This document shows, piece by piece, positions 1-12,979 of a stretch of 64,000 nt of DNA. Position 1 is the stretch's first letter, and each line of letters begins with the position of its first letter. Made by a program: the position numbers and the translations under genes. The stretch is from Azolla caroliniana (Eukaryota > Plantae > Polypodiophyta): the NCBI GenBank assembly GCA_043228905.1, contig JBHGNT010000020.1, positions 9,424,001 through 9,488,000 of the forward strand. The letters run 5' to 3'. The notes beneath the pieces are model-generated. The model worked only from the letters and a program-made list of their open reading frames with translations. It made no database searches and was not told where the DNA came from.

Positions 1-1623
1 CAAAACTCTTGCAGACCTCCATCTTTTTGTACTAAGATATTAATAGTATTTTCACTATTATTGTTTTATATGATTCATACTCGATTTCGTATGTTTTATG
101 CGATTTTCACACCATTGCTGAAAATCTTCACGACATCCACCCTCACCAAACCGCACGTCCTTTGGTATGTGCCAAGAAGAGAGAATGTGAGATTTCGGCA
201 ATGGTGATTAGCATGACTCCGCAACGTCGAGCATGTCTGTTTCTTTGTACTCGAATCATTGTTGCCACCCAATCCACCATATCATTCGTTTTTTCTTTGC
301 TTTACCATGACTTGTTGTCATGGTCCCTTGCTCTCTTCTTGAGGATAATCGTTTAAGCCTCATGAATGTTCCACCTTCATCTCGGCCATCTCTTTGCTCA
401 AGGCACTTTGACTCGTTCACAGTAGTGTCTTTGATAGATGTTTTGATCACATCCTTCGGATCCTCATGGCTTGTTTGGGCATCGCCATCCCTTGTCATAT
501 TTTGCTCAAAGTCTTTGTTGCACATATCAGCTTTAACCCTTGCTTCTTCCCCATCACTATCCTTCTCTTGGGTAAGTCTCTAGAATGAGTGTGGATAGAC
601 CTATACATTTCCATCGTTCGCCTTTTTCGTGCTGCATTTAGCCATTTCCATCTTAAAGTTGTTCGAATTAGCATTGACCTTTTCTTCCTCGCCGCCAGCT
701 TCCGTTTCTTGGGTCTTACATCGGTTAACGCCCAAGTCTCTAGAACTATTGCGGGGAAAGGCTCTTCATGGCCATTCACCATCTTTGCCTTGATGTCATT
801 TTCCATAGCTATTCCTTCAAACTCATGGGCCTCGTGCACATCGATCCTTTTTATTGAGCAATCCCTTATTATGCTTCTCTTTTCATCGCATGTATTAGTT
901 TTGACCTTCGGTTCTTCGCCATCACCTCCCATCTCTTGGGTCTTACATCGGTTCTCGGACGCAATTGCCCAAGTCTCTGGAACAAGTGTGGAGAAAACTT
1001 GGCCGTCATCATTGGTGGTATTATCTTGGTCCTTCTCTTCCTTTTCGCCACCATCCGTCTCTTGGGTCTCACATTGGTTCTCAGATGCAACTGCCCAAGT
1101 CTCTAGATGGAGTGTTGAGAAAGTCTCCACATGACCATCCGCCATTGACTCGTTCATAGCCATCTCCGACTCGATGTCGTTTTTCATGGCTATCTCTTCA
1201 ATCTCATGGGCCTCGCACCCATTGACCCTCTTGATCAAGCAAGCTTCGATTATCCTTCTCTCTTCATCGCATGTATTCTTTTCGACCTTCGGCTCCTCAC
1301 CGACACCTTCTGTCTCTTGGGTCTCACATTGGTTCTTTGACGCAACTGCCCAAGTCTCTGGACCATGTGTGGAGAAAATCCGGCCATGGTCGTTGTCGAC
1401 GCTTGTTATCTTGTTTAAAGTCACCTCCTCAATGTCGTCTTTAGTGTCTAGATCCTCAATTACACTAGCCTCGCTCTCTTTATCTCCATTGATGCAAGCT
1501 TCGATTTGTCTTGTTCCATCATCCATTGTTTCGAACTCGACGCATGTTCCGAAACATTCGACCTCCTTTGAAATGGCCACCATCATCCTCGAGTCATCAT
1601 CAATCTTCTTTTTATGTTGGATG

Positions 1624-2356
1624 TGTTAGGAAACAAGTCCCTCTGGATGCAAGTGAGAAGAATAGTACTGATGAGCAAAATCGGCCGAGGCCGGAACCAG
1701 ATGTGGAGTACCCGGCAACGGAAGACCCGGTGAGAACCGGATGTGGAGTACCCGGCAACGGAAGACCCGGTGAGAACCGGATGTGGAGTACCCGGCAACG
1801 GAAGACCTAGTGAGAACCGGATGACGAGTACCCAACAAGAGCCGGATGACGAGTACCCGGCAAGAGCCGGATGGCGAAGACCCGGTGAGAAGTGCTCACC
1901 GGATGAAGGGACATATTCGTAAATATGTTTTCTGAGAGTCCATTGGGGTTATATTTGTAAATAGCCGAAAAGTCATATTAGTATAAATATGACTTAGGGA
2001 AAACTGAGAACTATAGATGTTGTTGTCATTCTTGTTGGCGCAAGATTAGAGCGCATAACAGTGTACAGAGAGAGAGAGAGAGAAGAAGAGGTCGTTGCCT
2101 ATGTTGTAACCGCCGCCTGTGGCGAAGATAGCAAGCTCGAGGTCGTTGCCTCGGTGCTCTACTATTGTACATTCTGATATAGTGATAGTTTGCAGTCTGT
2201 GGGTTGCCGTGGTTTTTCCCTAGTTTGGGTTTTCCACGTTAACATCATGTGTACTCTTCTCTTCACTGTGTCGTGCGTTCATTATCCGTTTTCTGTGTTT
2301 TATCCTAGGCTCGGTTGTGGCCGAGTGTTGTTCATCTGGAGCGTGTGTTCCTGTCA
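1624..2356 (+). mobile_element. Solo LTR (Copia-type)
   Basis: TG...CA ends with a 5-bp TSD GGATG (1619-1623 and 2357-2361). Its start resembles the Copia LTR at 4523. Confidence 0.85.
1695..1890 (+). repeat. 40-bp tandem repeat (~3.5 copies) followed by shorter derived units inside the solo LTR
   Basis: ATGTGGAGTACCCGGCAACGGAAGACCCGGTGAGAACCGG recurs at 1701, 1741 and 1781. Confidence 0.9.
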
Positions 2357-3536
2357 GGATGCGTTGTTTAGGCATCTCGACTTGTTTAGATGGTTTTGAT
2401 TTTTCTACGCTTGGTCTTACCAAGTCAATATCATCGAGCCATCGATGACGCTTGTCGATCTTGTTGCATGCTTCCTTCACCGCAACCCAGTCCGCCATAA
2501 GCCCGTTTGCTTGGGTATCATCTTCGAGGAGAGTCCCCAACTTTCGTCTATCCTTCATGTCCACGGCTTTCAAGAAGTACAAAGTCTTGTCCTCCTCAAG
2601 GAGCACTTGGTCCGTGTTGGGGAGACGACTAAACATTTGGTCGAACTCGTCGTACACCCTCGAGGTGCTCATCTTCTTCTTTTTCTTTTCTATCCACTTC
2701 ATCGAAGCATGTCGAGTCATCCTCGACAAATCTTCTGTTGTGAACTACGCTAGTATCGCTTTCTCGAATCCGGACCATGTTGTCTTCCCTTCTTGAAGCT
2801 CGACAACACGCCTTTGGACGTTGTTGGCGACCACTCTCTTGAAACTTGTGATTTGACGTGCTTCAGACATGTGCCTCTGATTCATCTCCCTTCTGTATGC
2901 ATCAAGGAACTCTATAATGTTCCTTCCGTCAAATTGACCCTCCAGCTCAACGACGCAGTCGACAGCCTTTCCCACGCTTGCATCGTTGTCTTGAGATCTC
3001 ATCATTTGTTCGACGATCAACATCATCCTTTCGAACTCTCCCGCTTGGTTGCTTGAGGATGCCATCTCCAAGTATCGTTTGATCCTCGATTTGATCCTTC
3101 CTGCCGCCTCTTTCACGTTGGGTTCACCACTTAATTATGTCGTGAAGATCCGTCACTACGTGCGGATCGTGAGGCAGAACCGCCGGGGTTTTGGACCGGA
3201 AGGACTCGAAGTTGGCGCTAGCTTTAGCGATAAAGGATTAAAGATAGATTGAAAGAGAGAGAGATTGAGATAAGATAGAACGCTTGATTTTAGATTGAGA
3301 GAGAGATTAAGATTGAACTCTTTACTTTAGATTTGAAGAACAAGGTATATCATCAAAAAGATAACGAATTTTCTTCTTAATATTAATTTTGATATAAAGT
3401 ACAAAGCTCTTGCAAACCTCCATCTTTTTGTACTAAGATATTAATTGTATTTTCACTATTATTGTTTTATATGATTCATACTCGATTTCGTATGTTTTAT
3501 GCAATTTTCACACCATTGCTGAAAATCTTCATGACA

Positions 3537-4862
3537 ACGTGGATGAGATGTTGATTGTCGGACGATACCCAAGGAAAATCGAGAGCTTGAAGAAGGCCTT
3601 GAGTAGGTCATTCTCGATGAAAGATACGGGTCCCGCAAAAAAAATCCTGAGAATGCACATTGTTCAGGATCGAACAAAGAAATTGTTATGGCTGTCACAA
3701 GAGAAGTACGTGACAAAAGTGCTCCAGAGATTCGGCATGGAGAGCGGGAAACCGGTCAGCTCGACACTGCCGACAAATTGTATGCTAAGCAAAGATCAAT
3801 GTCTGAAATCGAAAGCCAAGAAGGCTAAGTTGTCAAAAGTCCCTTATGTCTCGGTAGTCGGAAGCCTGATGTATGCAATGGTTTGTACCAGGCCAAACAT
3901 CGGATACATTGTCGGAGTTGTCAGCCGATATTTGAGCAATCTTGGAAGAGAGCATTGGGCAGTGGTCAAGTGGATACTTCAGTACCTTAGAGGCACCTCG
4001 AGCGTGTGTCTCCGATTCGGCTCAGGCAACCCCACGTTGGAAGGTTACACGGATTCAGACATGTCGGCTGATGTGGATACCAGCCGATCCACGTCTGGAT
4101 ACATAATGACTTATGCAGGGGGAGGTGTTTCGTGGCAGTCGAGGTTGCAGAAGGTCGTGGCATTATCAACCATGGAAGCCAAGTATATGGCCTCAGTGGA
4201 AGTCGGCAAGGAAATCATATGGATGAAGGAGTTTATCGGTGAGCTAGGAATTCGGAAGGAAGAGTTCTGACTCTATGGCAATAATCAGAGTGCCATCCAC
4301 CTTGCTAAAAATGCCGCCTATCACTTGAGGACAAAGCACATCCAATGGAGGTACCATTGGCTCCAAAGAGGATAGAAGAGAGTGAGTTTTCCCTATTGAA
4401 GATTCACACGCCCGAGAATGGATCGAATATGCTGACAAACGTGCTACCAGTAGAGAAGTTGAACGTGTGCCGATAGAGAGTCGGATTGATTAAGTACCCC
4501 ATGCTGGAGTGAAGGGGGATTTTGTTGCGAAAACCAAGTCCCTCCAGATAGGATTTCGAAATCGAAGTCGAGAATCGATTATACCACCAATTCGGAAGAC
4601 TATTTGTAAATAGTCCAAATGTACCCCTTGTGGGCTATACTTGTAAATAGCCAAAAAGTTGTTTTAGTATATAAAGAACTAGGGCAAAAAACTTTAGAGG
4701 TATAGTTGATCATTGTCATATAGTTAAAGTTATAGTGAGTAGTTGCCTCTATAACTGTGAGTGAGAGAGAGAGTGTGAGTTGTAACTCAGTCATCGTCTG
4801 TTAGAGGTATAGTTGATCATTGTCATATATTTAAAGTTACAGTGAGTAGTTGCCTATGTAAC

Positions 4863-4927
<65 letters not shown>

Positions 4928-5208
4928 ATGAGTGAGTGAGTTGTGACTCAACTGTCGTCTGTTAGACGAAGACGAGCTCGAGGGTGTTGCCTGCGAGACT
5001 CCTTGTATTTCTCTTTCTACACAGTGATCTATTTTTTAAGGTTTGTGGACCCCGTGGTTTTTCCCTTTACGGGTTTTCCACGTAAAATATATTGTGTCTC
5101 TATACCTTCTTATTCCTGTCTATCTGTGTACTCTGTTCACGATTGATCTCATTTTTGCACTTGAATAAGTATACGTGAAACCGGTTGTGGCAGGTTCCTA
5201 TCCTAACA
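3537..5208 (+). mobile_element. Ty1/Copia 3' portion: RT C-terminus, RNase H, PPT and 3' LTR (4523-5208)
   Basis: Motifs (Y)VDEMLI, GSLMYAMVCTRP, GYTDSD and VALSTMEA. PPT GAGTGAAGGGGGA at ~4507-4519. The LTR has TG...CA ends, an internal ~105-bp duplication and (TG)n(AG)n. Confidence 0.85.
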
Positions 5209-8066
5209 CAATGATTGGTGTTGAATCCCTTGAAAGGGACCAACGAGATTACAAGTATTTATACATGTTTGTGGGCTCTATGTGTAGTTCCATGCATACC
5301 CACATTTTCATGTAGAAGCTTCTAGAGGTTTCTAGAAGCTTCTAAAAACTCCTAGAGCTTGGTATAGATAATCTTAACTTGGAATATATAATCTACTAAG
5401 ATATATATAACATGACTATGTATTTGGATATGTTGGCTAGAACAAAGCACATGACTATATACAAAAGGTGAAGAGTTCGAATTTTATGACACCGCCACCA
5501 TAGGTGAAGATGTAGCCTAATGTCGACTTCCGATTATCTGAATTCCTAGCATAGTCGTAGTCGGTATAGCCTTCGACTTCGGTCCGATTTGCCGATCTGG
5601 AAGTTTGTTGTGCATCTTCGGTCCCTCTTAGGTACCTAAAGATGTGCTTGACGGCCTCCCAATTCTTTCATCCTGGATTCGACATGTACTAGCTAACGAC
5701 CCCTATGGCATATGCTAGGTCGGGTCGTGTCGCCACCATCGCGTACTTGATACTTCCTACTGTGTCGATGTATAGGGTATCTTTCCATTGAGCTCTCTCT
5801 CCTTATCCGTCGAAGGAGAGTCTCTGTCGGATTGACGTCGGAAGTAATGTTGGTGATAGCGTCGCATTCTCCATTTGAAGTACTTCATCACTTTGTGAAT
5901 GTAGTCGGACTGGGAGAGTCAGAGAGTCTTTGTCTTCCGATTTCGCTCGATCCTCATGACCAGTATGTGTCGGGCTTGTCTGAGTTCCTTCATTGCGGAC
6001 TTGTCCAGACGGCCCCGCTTTAGCTTTCCGATTTTGGCTTGGTTGCTCCATACAATTAGCATGTCGTCGACATATAGGATCAAATAGATCCGAGACTCGT
6101 TTGCCACTTGCCGAGTATATAGACATGGGTCGGAGTCGGATCAACTGTAGCCGAGCTATCGGATGTAGGAGTCGAACTTCTAGTGCCACATCTTGGGCGC
6201 TTGTTTTAAGCTGTAAAGGTTTTTCTTCAGTCGACATACAAGGTGAGCTTCCTCCCCCATCGCCGCGATGCATGTCGGTTGGGACATGTCAATGTCTTCT
6301 TCCAGATCTCCGTGTAGGAATGTTGTCTTTATGTCCAGTTGCTCGAGCTCTAGGTCTTCAATCACCATGAACCCAAGTAGGAGTCGAAGGGTGGTCATCT
6401 TGACTACTGGAGAGAATATCTCATCATAGTCGACCCCGTGTTCTTGTTTGAATCCCTTCGCGATGAGTCGGGCTTTGTATGTGGGCTTCTCTGAGTCAGA
6501 TACTTATTTGTATCTAAAAACCCATTTGCAGGGCAATGGCTTCCTTCTAGCTAGTAGTTTGACCAACTCCCATGTGTTGTTCTCTTTGATTGAGTACATC
6601 TTAGATTTCATGGCTTGTAGCCATGTGTCAGCATCTGGCTTGGCTATGGCTTCTTCATAGGAGCTCGCTTCGCCAGTGTCTATGTAGTTTACGTAGTCAA
6701 GGCCCGATGAATAGAACTTTGTCGGCCTTCTAACTTGTGCAGATCTCCTGGGTGCCAATTTTGTCGGTTCAATTTCTTCGGTAGATCGATCGGTATTACT
6801 TGAATCACCTTCAGGAGTCCTTCGGGATGATTCCCCCTTGTAATAGGATTTTGGCGATGTCGAATCATCCTCCCCGATTTCGGGATCGATTGACAGGGTA
6901 GCCTTTCTCTTGGTCATTTTGACTTTGTCATTGTCGGCCCTTGTCAATCTTCTAGTTGAATCAATTTTGACTAGTGGATCTCTTGCTAAGTTGGAATCGG
7001 CAAGTGTGGTGTTGGCTTAATCTATTTAGACTGTTTGTCGAATCTCCAATTTGGCCCAGTGGGTCAGTCTTTCTACGATGTCTCTATCGACTTCAAAAGA
7101 GACCTTTTTGCCAATTGTTTTCTGCTGGTTCTACTCAGAGAGAATGAAGTCTTCATTGAAGAATACGTCACTACTCTAGATCAGTTTCCGGTTCTCTAGG
7201 TCCCATAGTAGATAGCTGAATTCCCCATCAGTTCCATAACTGAGAAATATGCATTTTGTTGCATGGGGTGCCAACTTGGTCCTTTTCTCCCTAGAGATAA
7301 ATGTGTAGGCTTCGCATCCAAATATACGGAGCCTATCGTAGGTCGGTTGTTTGCCTGACCATAGTGCATGTGGCACTTCGATTATTGCTTTCAACGATGA
7401 TAGATTTATCAAGTAAACAAACTGTCTGCAATGCTTCGGCCAAGAACTCCAGCTTTATTTCGGCTTGCAGGAGCATTGTCGTCACCCTCTCTTGGATTGT
7501 TCAGTTGATCCATTTAGTCACTCCATTTTGCATGAGTGTGTATGGGATGGTTTTTTGGTGCCGGATACCTTGTCAAATAGGTACTGTTTGAAGGCTCGGA
7601 AGGTATATTCACCTCCTTTGTTGGATCAGAGCGTCTTCACTCAGTATCCCAACCAGTTCTCCACTTCGACTAACCATCGAGTAGTCCCAAACCTTCCGTG
7701 TGCAATCATCTACAAATGTGACGAAGTGTCGGGAGCCTCCTAGTGATCTCTTGGGCATAGGCCCACATATATCTATGTGAACAAGCTCTAGGGGTTGTCG
7801 TATTGTCTCGTAGTGGAGAGTGTGCAGACTTTGGGTCTGTTTCCCATAATGACAATGCTTGGAGAAGTCCGTCTTCGCCAAGAATTTCGGAATGTAGCCG
7901 ACCACCATTAGTCATTCCAGTTTGGCTTGCGAGATATGACCAAGTTAGCCTGCCATAAGTTCGGGCCGGTCGATTCGGCTACGTCCACGGACCCTTCTAG
8001 ATCGATCTTCATGATTGGATACAAGTTGTTGTACTTGTGTCCGCGTCTGATCTTCAGGTTTCCTCG

Positions 8067-11000
8067 TGTTGAGAGACAAGCTCAACATTGGGTGCATAAA
8101 ACCATATGCACAACACGGCCGTAACAGTGTGTAAACCGAGAAGCTGTTAGAATGTTATTCCTCGTAAGGAATAATTTTGGAAGTGTAGGATGCTCATTTA
8201 TGCCATAAGGAGAGTGAGTGTTGGAAGATGAGAGACGATTTGGACAAAACCGGATCGAGCGGAAGAGACGTAGAGAGGCGTCAGAGGTCGCACTATGCTG
8301 AGGGCTCCGAACGAGCCGAAAATGGATCGGGCCCAGCCTTTGTAATGAAGCACAAGGCCAATTCAATGACCATGAACACCTCGAGAGAGAACGAGGTGTG
8401 GTATGTTGACGCCTGAGTGTCAAATCATAATATGACAAGTCACAAGGAATGGTTCTCGTACTTGGAGAAACCGGAAAACCAAGGAGTGGTTGAAACGAGA
8501 GATGACACTCCACATACCATCGAACATGTCGGAGAAGTTCCCCTTAGCCACGTCGGGTAGAAAGGGAAACTTATGAATGTGTTGCACGTCCCGACAATAA
8601 CCAAGAACCTGGTGTCAGTCGGTCAGATCGTCGACCAGGGGATGCAAGTTCGATTCACGCACCTCAGGTGCTACATCGAAGAAGAAGGCAAAGTTATTGC
8701 GCAAGGGCACCGTGAAGGGAGGATGTTTATCCTCGACACCAATCAAGCCGGAACCGCGTTGTTCGCGAAAGGACAGAAGGTCGAGTCGGACATCGACCTA
8801 TGGCACAAGCGGTTCGACCACGTTAACTTCCGAAGGCTTCGTAATGAAGCACAAGGCCAATTCGATGGCCATGAACACCTCGAGAGAGAACGAGGTGTGG
8901 TATGTTGACTCCGAAGCGTCGAATCATATGACGAGTCACAAGGAATGGTTCTCGTACTTGGAGAAACCGGAAAACCAAGGAGTGGTTGAAACGGGAGATG
9001 ACACTCCGCATACCATCGAACAGGTCGGAGAAGTTCCCTTCATCCATGTCGTGTAGAAAGGGAATCTTATGAACTTGTTGCACGTCCCGACAATAACCAA
9101 GAACCTGGTGTCGGTCGGTCCCGACAATAAGCTGGACGCCAAAGCTGAAAAGTGCATCTTGGTTGGCTACTAAGACGAACAGAAGGGTTATAAGTGTTAT
9201 AACCCCCAAACCAAACAAGCTCGCGTAAGTCATGACATTGTGTTCGACGAGTCCACGTCCTGGTACTTGCCTTCGAATCCAACCCCTGACGACTCCATTC
9301 CGAATTCTGATGAAGATGTTGGCGAGGCTGAGATGCCTTTGCATGATGAGGATATCGGAGCTTTGAGAGAGAGTCTGATCTCATTTTGACTAAGCGGGCG
9401 GAATGAGGGGTTGAGCCAAGATGGCCAACCTTTTGAAGAACCGGCGAGTAGTGGAGACTCAACTGTATTGTCCCCGTGTAAAGAACCAAGGAGGCGGTTT
9501 ATGCGTAAAGAAAAAGGGAAGAAGAAAATGTCGGAGTACGATTTCGGTAGTGCCGAGTCAGATCGGAGCGAATCTAACTTCGGGCCAATCGAGAAGGAAC
9601 CTCCGCGGAAGAGGTCGAAGTCGGCCGAGAGGGCCGCGAAATCGGCTAATCACGAATTACGCCGATCTACCCGCCTAAAGAACCTCGTAAAGAGATAGGG
9701 GTATAATGCATACATGGTGCACCATTATGTGTACATGATGCGAGTGGCGGAAGTGCGTGAGCCAGAGAGCTACGCAGAAGCGGTGGAAGACGCAAACTGG
9801 CGTGCCGCGATGGAGGAAGAGATGCGCGCTTTAACAGACAACGAGACTTAGGACCTAGTTGACGCACCTAAAGGTGTAAAGCCGATCGACCGATATAAAG
9901 GTGTAGATGGGTGTTTAAGGTGAAATACAACACTGACAGCTCGGTCAACCGATATAAGGCTCGTTTGGTTGCGAAAGGCTACACGCAGAAGCACAGCGTA
10001 GATTACGACGAGACGTTCACGCCGGTCGCGAAGATGACCACGGTGCACGTTTTGCTAGCCGTAGCAGCGGTGAAGGGGTGGCACTTGCATCATATGGATG
10101 TAAAAAATGCGTTCCTGCAAGGCGATCTTGAGGAACATGTGTACATGGTACAACCCCCCGGATTTCTATCCGAACAAAACACTTCGGCAGTCTACCGATT
10201 GAAGAAGGCATTATACGGACTTAAACAAGCCCCGCGAGCTTGGAACGTGAAGATTACGCAACATTTGCATAGAATGGGGTTTACGAAGTCCAAATCGGAC
10301 TCTTCATTGTTCGTTCAGCAAGGTCGACATGGACCGGTTTGTCTTTTACTTTATGTTGATGATTTAGTCATCGATAGTGCCGACCTGGAAGAAATCGGCC
10401 GTGTAAAGTCGCAGGTTGCGGCATCATTCAATATGAAGGATCTTGGAGACCTTCATTACTTCCTCGGGATCGAAGTGATCTGTTCCCCCGAAGGCATATT
10501 GATCAGCCAGTATCATTACGCGTTGAATATGCTCTTCAAGTTTAGGATGACAGATTGTAAGCCCATCTCGACCCCTCTGGATAGAAACGTCAAGCTTCGC
10601 CGAGATTCGGGAAAGGCGTGCGACTTAACACAGTTTCGATAGATTGTCGGAAGCCTCATCTACCTGACCATCACTCGACCGGACCTCAGCTATCTGGTCA
10701 GCTTGATCAGTCAATTTATGTCGTAGCCTACGGCCGAACACTTTTAGTGCGCGCAAAGGATATTGCGATATGTCAACGGCACTAAGGACATGGCATTGTT
10801 GTATCACTCAGGCGTAGCCGAACAGTTAGTTGGCTACACGAATGCCGATTGGGTCGAAAATGCCAATGATCATAGATCCAGATCTGGATCTACGCATTCT
10901 CAATGGGAAGTGTGGCGATCGCGTGGAGTAGTAAGAAGCAACCGACAGTGGCACTGTCGAGCACGAAGGCCGAATATCGGGGGGCGACTATTGCTACGTG

Positions 11001-12979
11001 CGAAGTCATTTGGCTAAAATGGCTATTACGGGATCTGCATGTGGAGGTGTCCCCTCCAACGAAGATTTATTGCGACAACCTCAGTAGCATCCAACTTGCG
11101 AAAAATCTTGTATTCCATGCTCGGACCAAGCACATTGAGGTGCACTACCATTTTTTCCGTGAGCGTGTGCTTTCCGATGAAATCGAACTAGCGTATGTTT
11201 CGATAGATCGGCAAATTTCCGACATCTTCACCAAGCCCCTTGGTCTCGACAAGTTACAACATTTCTCGAGTGAGCTGGGATTGTGTCACCTCGACACACC
11301 GAACTTGAGGGGGAGACAGGAACAGGAGCGTGAAAGGAGTGGTAGTGACCGCGATGCCGAGACAGATGAAGAATTCGATTTCGGGCTGGCTAAAGAAGCC
11401 GAAGAGGTGAGCAAGTGCCGTAATCACAAGAAAGAGTCGAAGATAGCCAGATAAGGGGGAGATACAGGCAAGAAGGGCGTAAAGGCCAAGACCAACACGT
11501 GGTCTGATGTTGTCAAGGGCCTAAAGATAGAAGACGAATTGGAGACAGCCAATTCGGATGTAAGCAGAATTGGATTGGAAGTGACCGATTCAATCGAAAT
11601 GTTTGATTCGGACATTACAAATCGACTGAGGACCAAGCAGAGAAAAGGGTAGTGAAAGAGGCGCCACCACCGCGATAGCAAGGGAGCTAAGAAGGGCCAC
11701 ATGAGCAGACAAGCCGACCGAAAGGGTCAAGGCGCGCAGAATCGGACGGGTTGAGGAGCGCGAGCGAGGCGAAACCGAAGCGAAGATCCGGAGGACCATG
11801 TGGAACCTCAAGTTGAGCTTGAGGGGGGGTGTTGAGAGACAAGCTCAACATTGGGTGCTTAAAACCATACACACAACATGACCATAACGGTGTCGTGAAG
11901 ATTTCCGGCTACGATGAGAAAACCAGGAGGGACAAATAAATGGGGATGTGCAACATTGCACATGCATTCATAAATTTGTATGATGAGAATAAGATAACAA
12001 AATGTAAAGGGGAAGGGTAATAATCTAAGGTGCTAAAGGTGCACCACGAAGTTTGTAGAGGCATAAAAGTGATGTGCACTTTGTAGAGTAGAATGAGTGG
12101 TGGGCATTGAGAGTGAATGTGATAGGAGAGAGAGAGTTAAGGCCCACCGATTTAAGATCAAGGGAGATATTCCCCATTAAAGGAAAGGGGATTTGACTCC
12201 CTCTTGTAATATGCTCACCCCTTACTACTATAAAAGGGAGTGAGGGGTCACTTGTGAAGGGGTTGCCTATTTTGAGTGAGAGAGGTATACCACTTAGGTC
12301 GAGGGTTCTTTTTGGGGTTTTAGAGTTTCTTCTAGGGTTTTCTTCTTGGTTTTCTTGTAGGGTTTCTATGCTTCTTTGTTTACTTATCCGGTTAGGGTTT
12401 CTTGTAGTCATTTTGGTGTGGCCTATGCAGCCAAGGTTGTAATTGTTCGCGGAGTCTTAATATAACTTGTTGTGTTTCTTCCTCCATCTAACTTCTTGTT
12501 CCATCCATTCTATGTTTATATCCTAATTTTTCTCTTCCCCTCTTGAGCTAAGCTTCCATTTTTGGTCTTATTCCTTCTCCTCTACTCCCTAGTCCAAGAC
12601 CCCCGTGGTCCCGCCTCGGATCCTACACGTACTCGTGGAATACCGCGACAACGGTGCGTAAACCGAGAGGCCATTAGAACGTTATTTCTCGTAAGGAATA
12701 ATTTTGGGAGTAAGTGTAGGATGCTCATTTATGAGCAGTCAAGTACTGTCACTACTTGTGTCAGCCCAATAGTCAGGGCTTGTATAAAAGATGCTCACTG
12801 AGCACGAAGTATGTATAGAGAATTATTTTTTTGAATATAGTTTCATTTTCTGCTCTCTCTCTCTCTCTCTATCTCTTCCTCTCCTTCTCTATGATTTCTG
12901 CGTTTTATCGAACTGTCATACTTCCAAACTGTGTACTCTACGTCTTACACATACGCTTCCGCATACATATTCTTTTACA
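8067..12979 (+). mobile_element. Nested, internally deleted Ty1/Copia element
   Basis: 5-bp TSD CCTCG (8062-8066 and 12980-12984). 5' LTR is truncated at ~8203; 3' LTR is 11830-12979. Protease (WYVDSEAS), RT 9911-10642 (LYVDD) and RNase H (ARTKHIEVHYHF) are present; the integrase core is missing. Confidence 0.88.
11891..12650 (+). mobile_element. Solo LTR of the TGTCG...CGACA (Gypsy-type) group, inserted in a Copia LTR
   Basis: Ends TGTCGTG...CGCGACA with a 4-bp TSD ACGG (11887-11890 and 12651-12654). The host LTR sequence resumes afterwards. TATA-like CTATAAAA near 12228. Confidence 0.85.

Larger units (their letters stand above)
495..3116 (-). pseudogene. Disrupted gag-like/acidic polyprotein ORF of the non-autonomous element, split by a solo LTR
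   Basis: ORF pieces 3116-2745, 2729-2357 and 1618-495. Removing the solo LTR and one GGATG restores the frame (...KQRI|QHKKKIDDDSRMMVAISK...). Four repeats of an (FST)xxETWA motif. Confidence 0.7.
1..3536 (-). mobile_element. Non-autonomous Ty3/Gypsy-type LTR element (gag-like ORF plus acidic repeat region, no pol); left LTR runs off the window
   Basis: LTR 3138-3536 (TGTCGTGAAGAT...ATCTTCATGACA) matches 1-135. Minus-strand PPT at 136-147. PBS at 3114-3129 resembles the plant tRNA-Trp 3' end. The gag start MKEAAGRIK... resembles MKEAAKELK... at 47809. Confidence 0.8.

Noticed and set aside
1695-1890. CRISPR-like repeat array
   Set aside because: The repeats are contiguous with no unique spacers, lie inside a eukaryotic LTR, and have no cas genes nearby.
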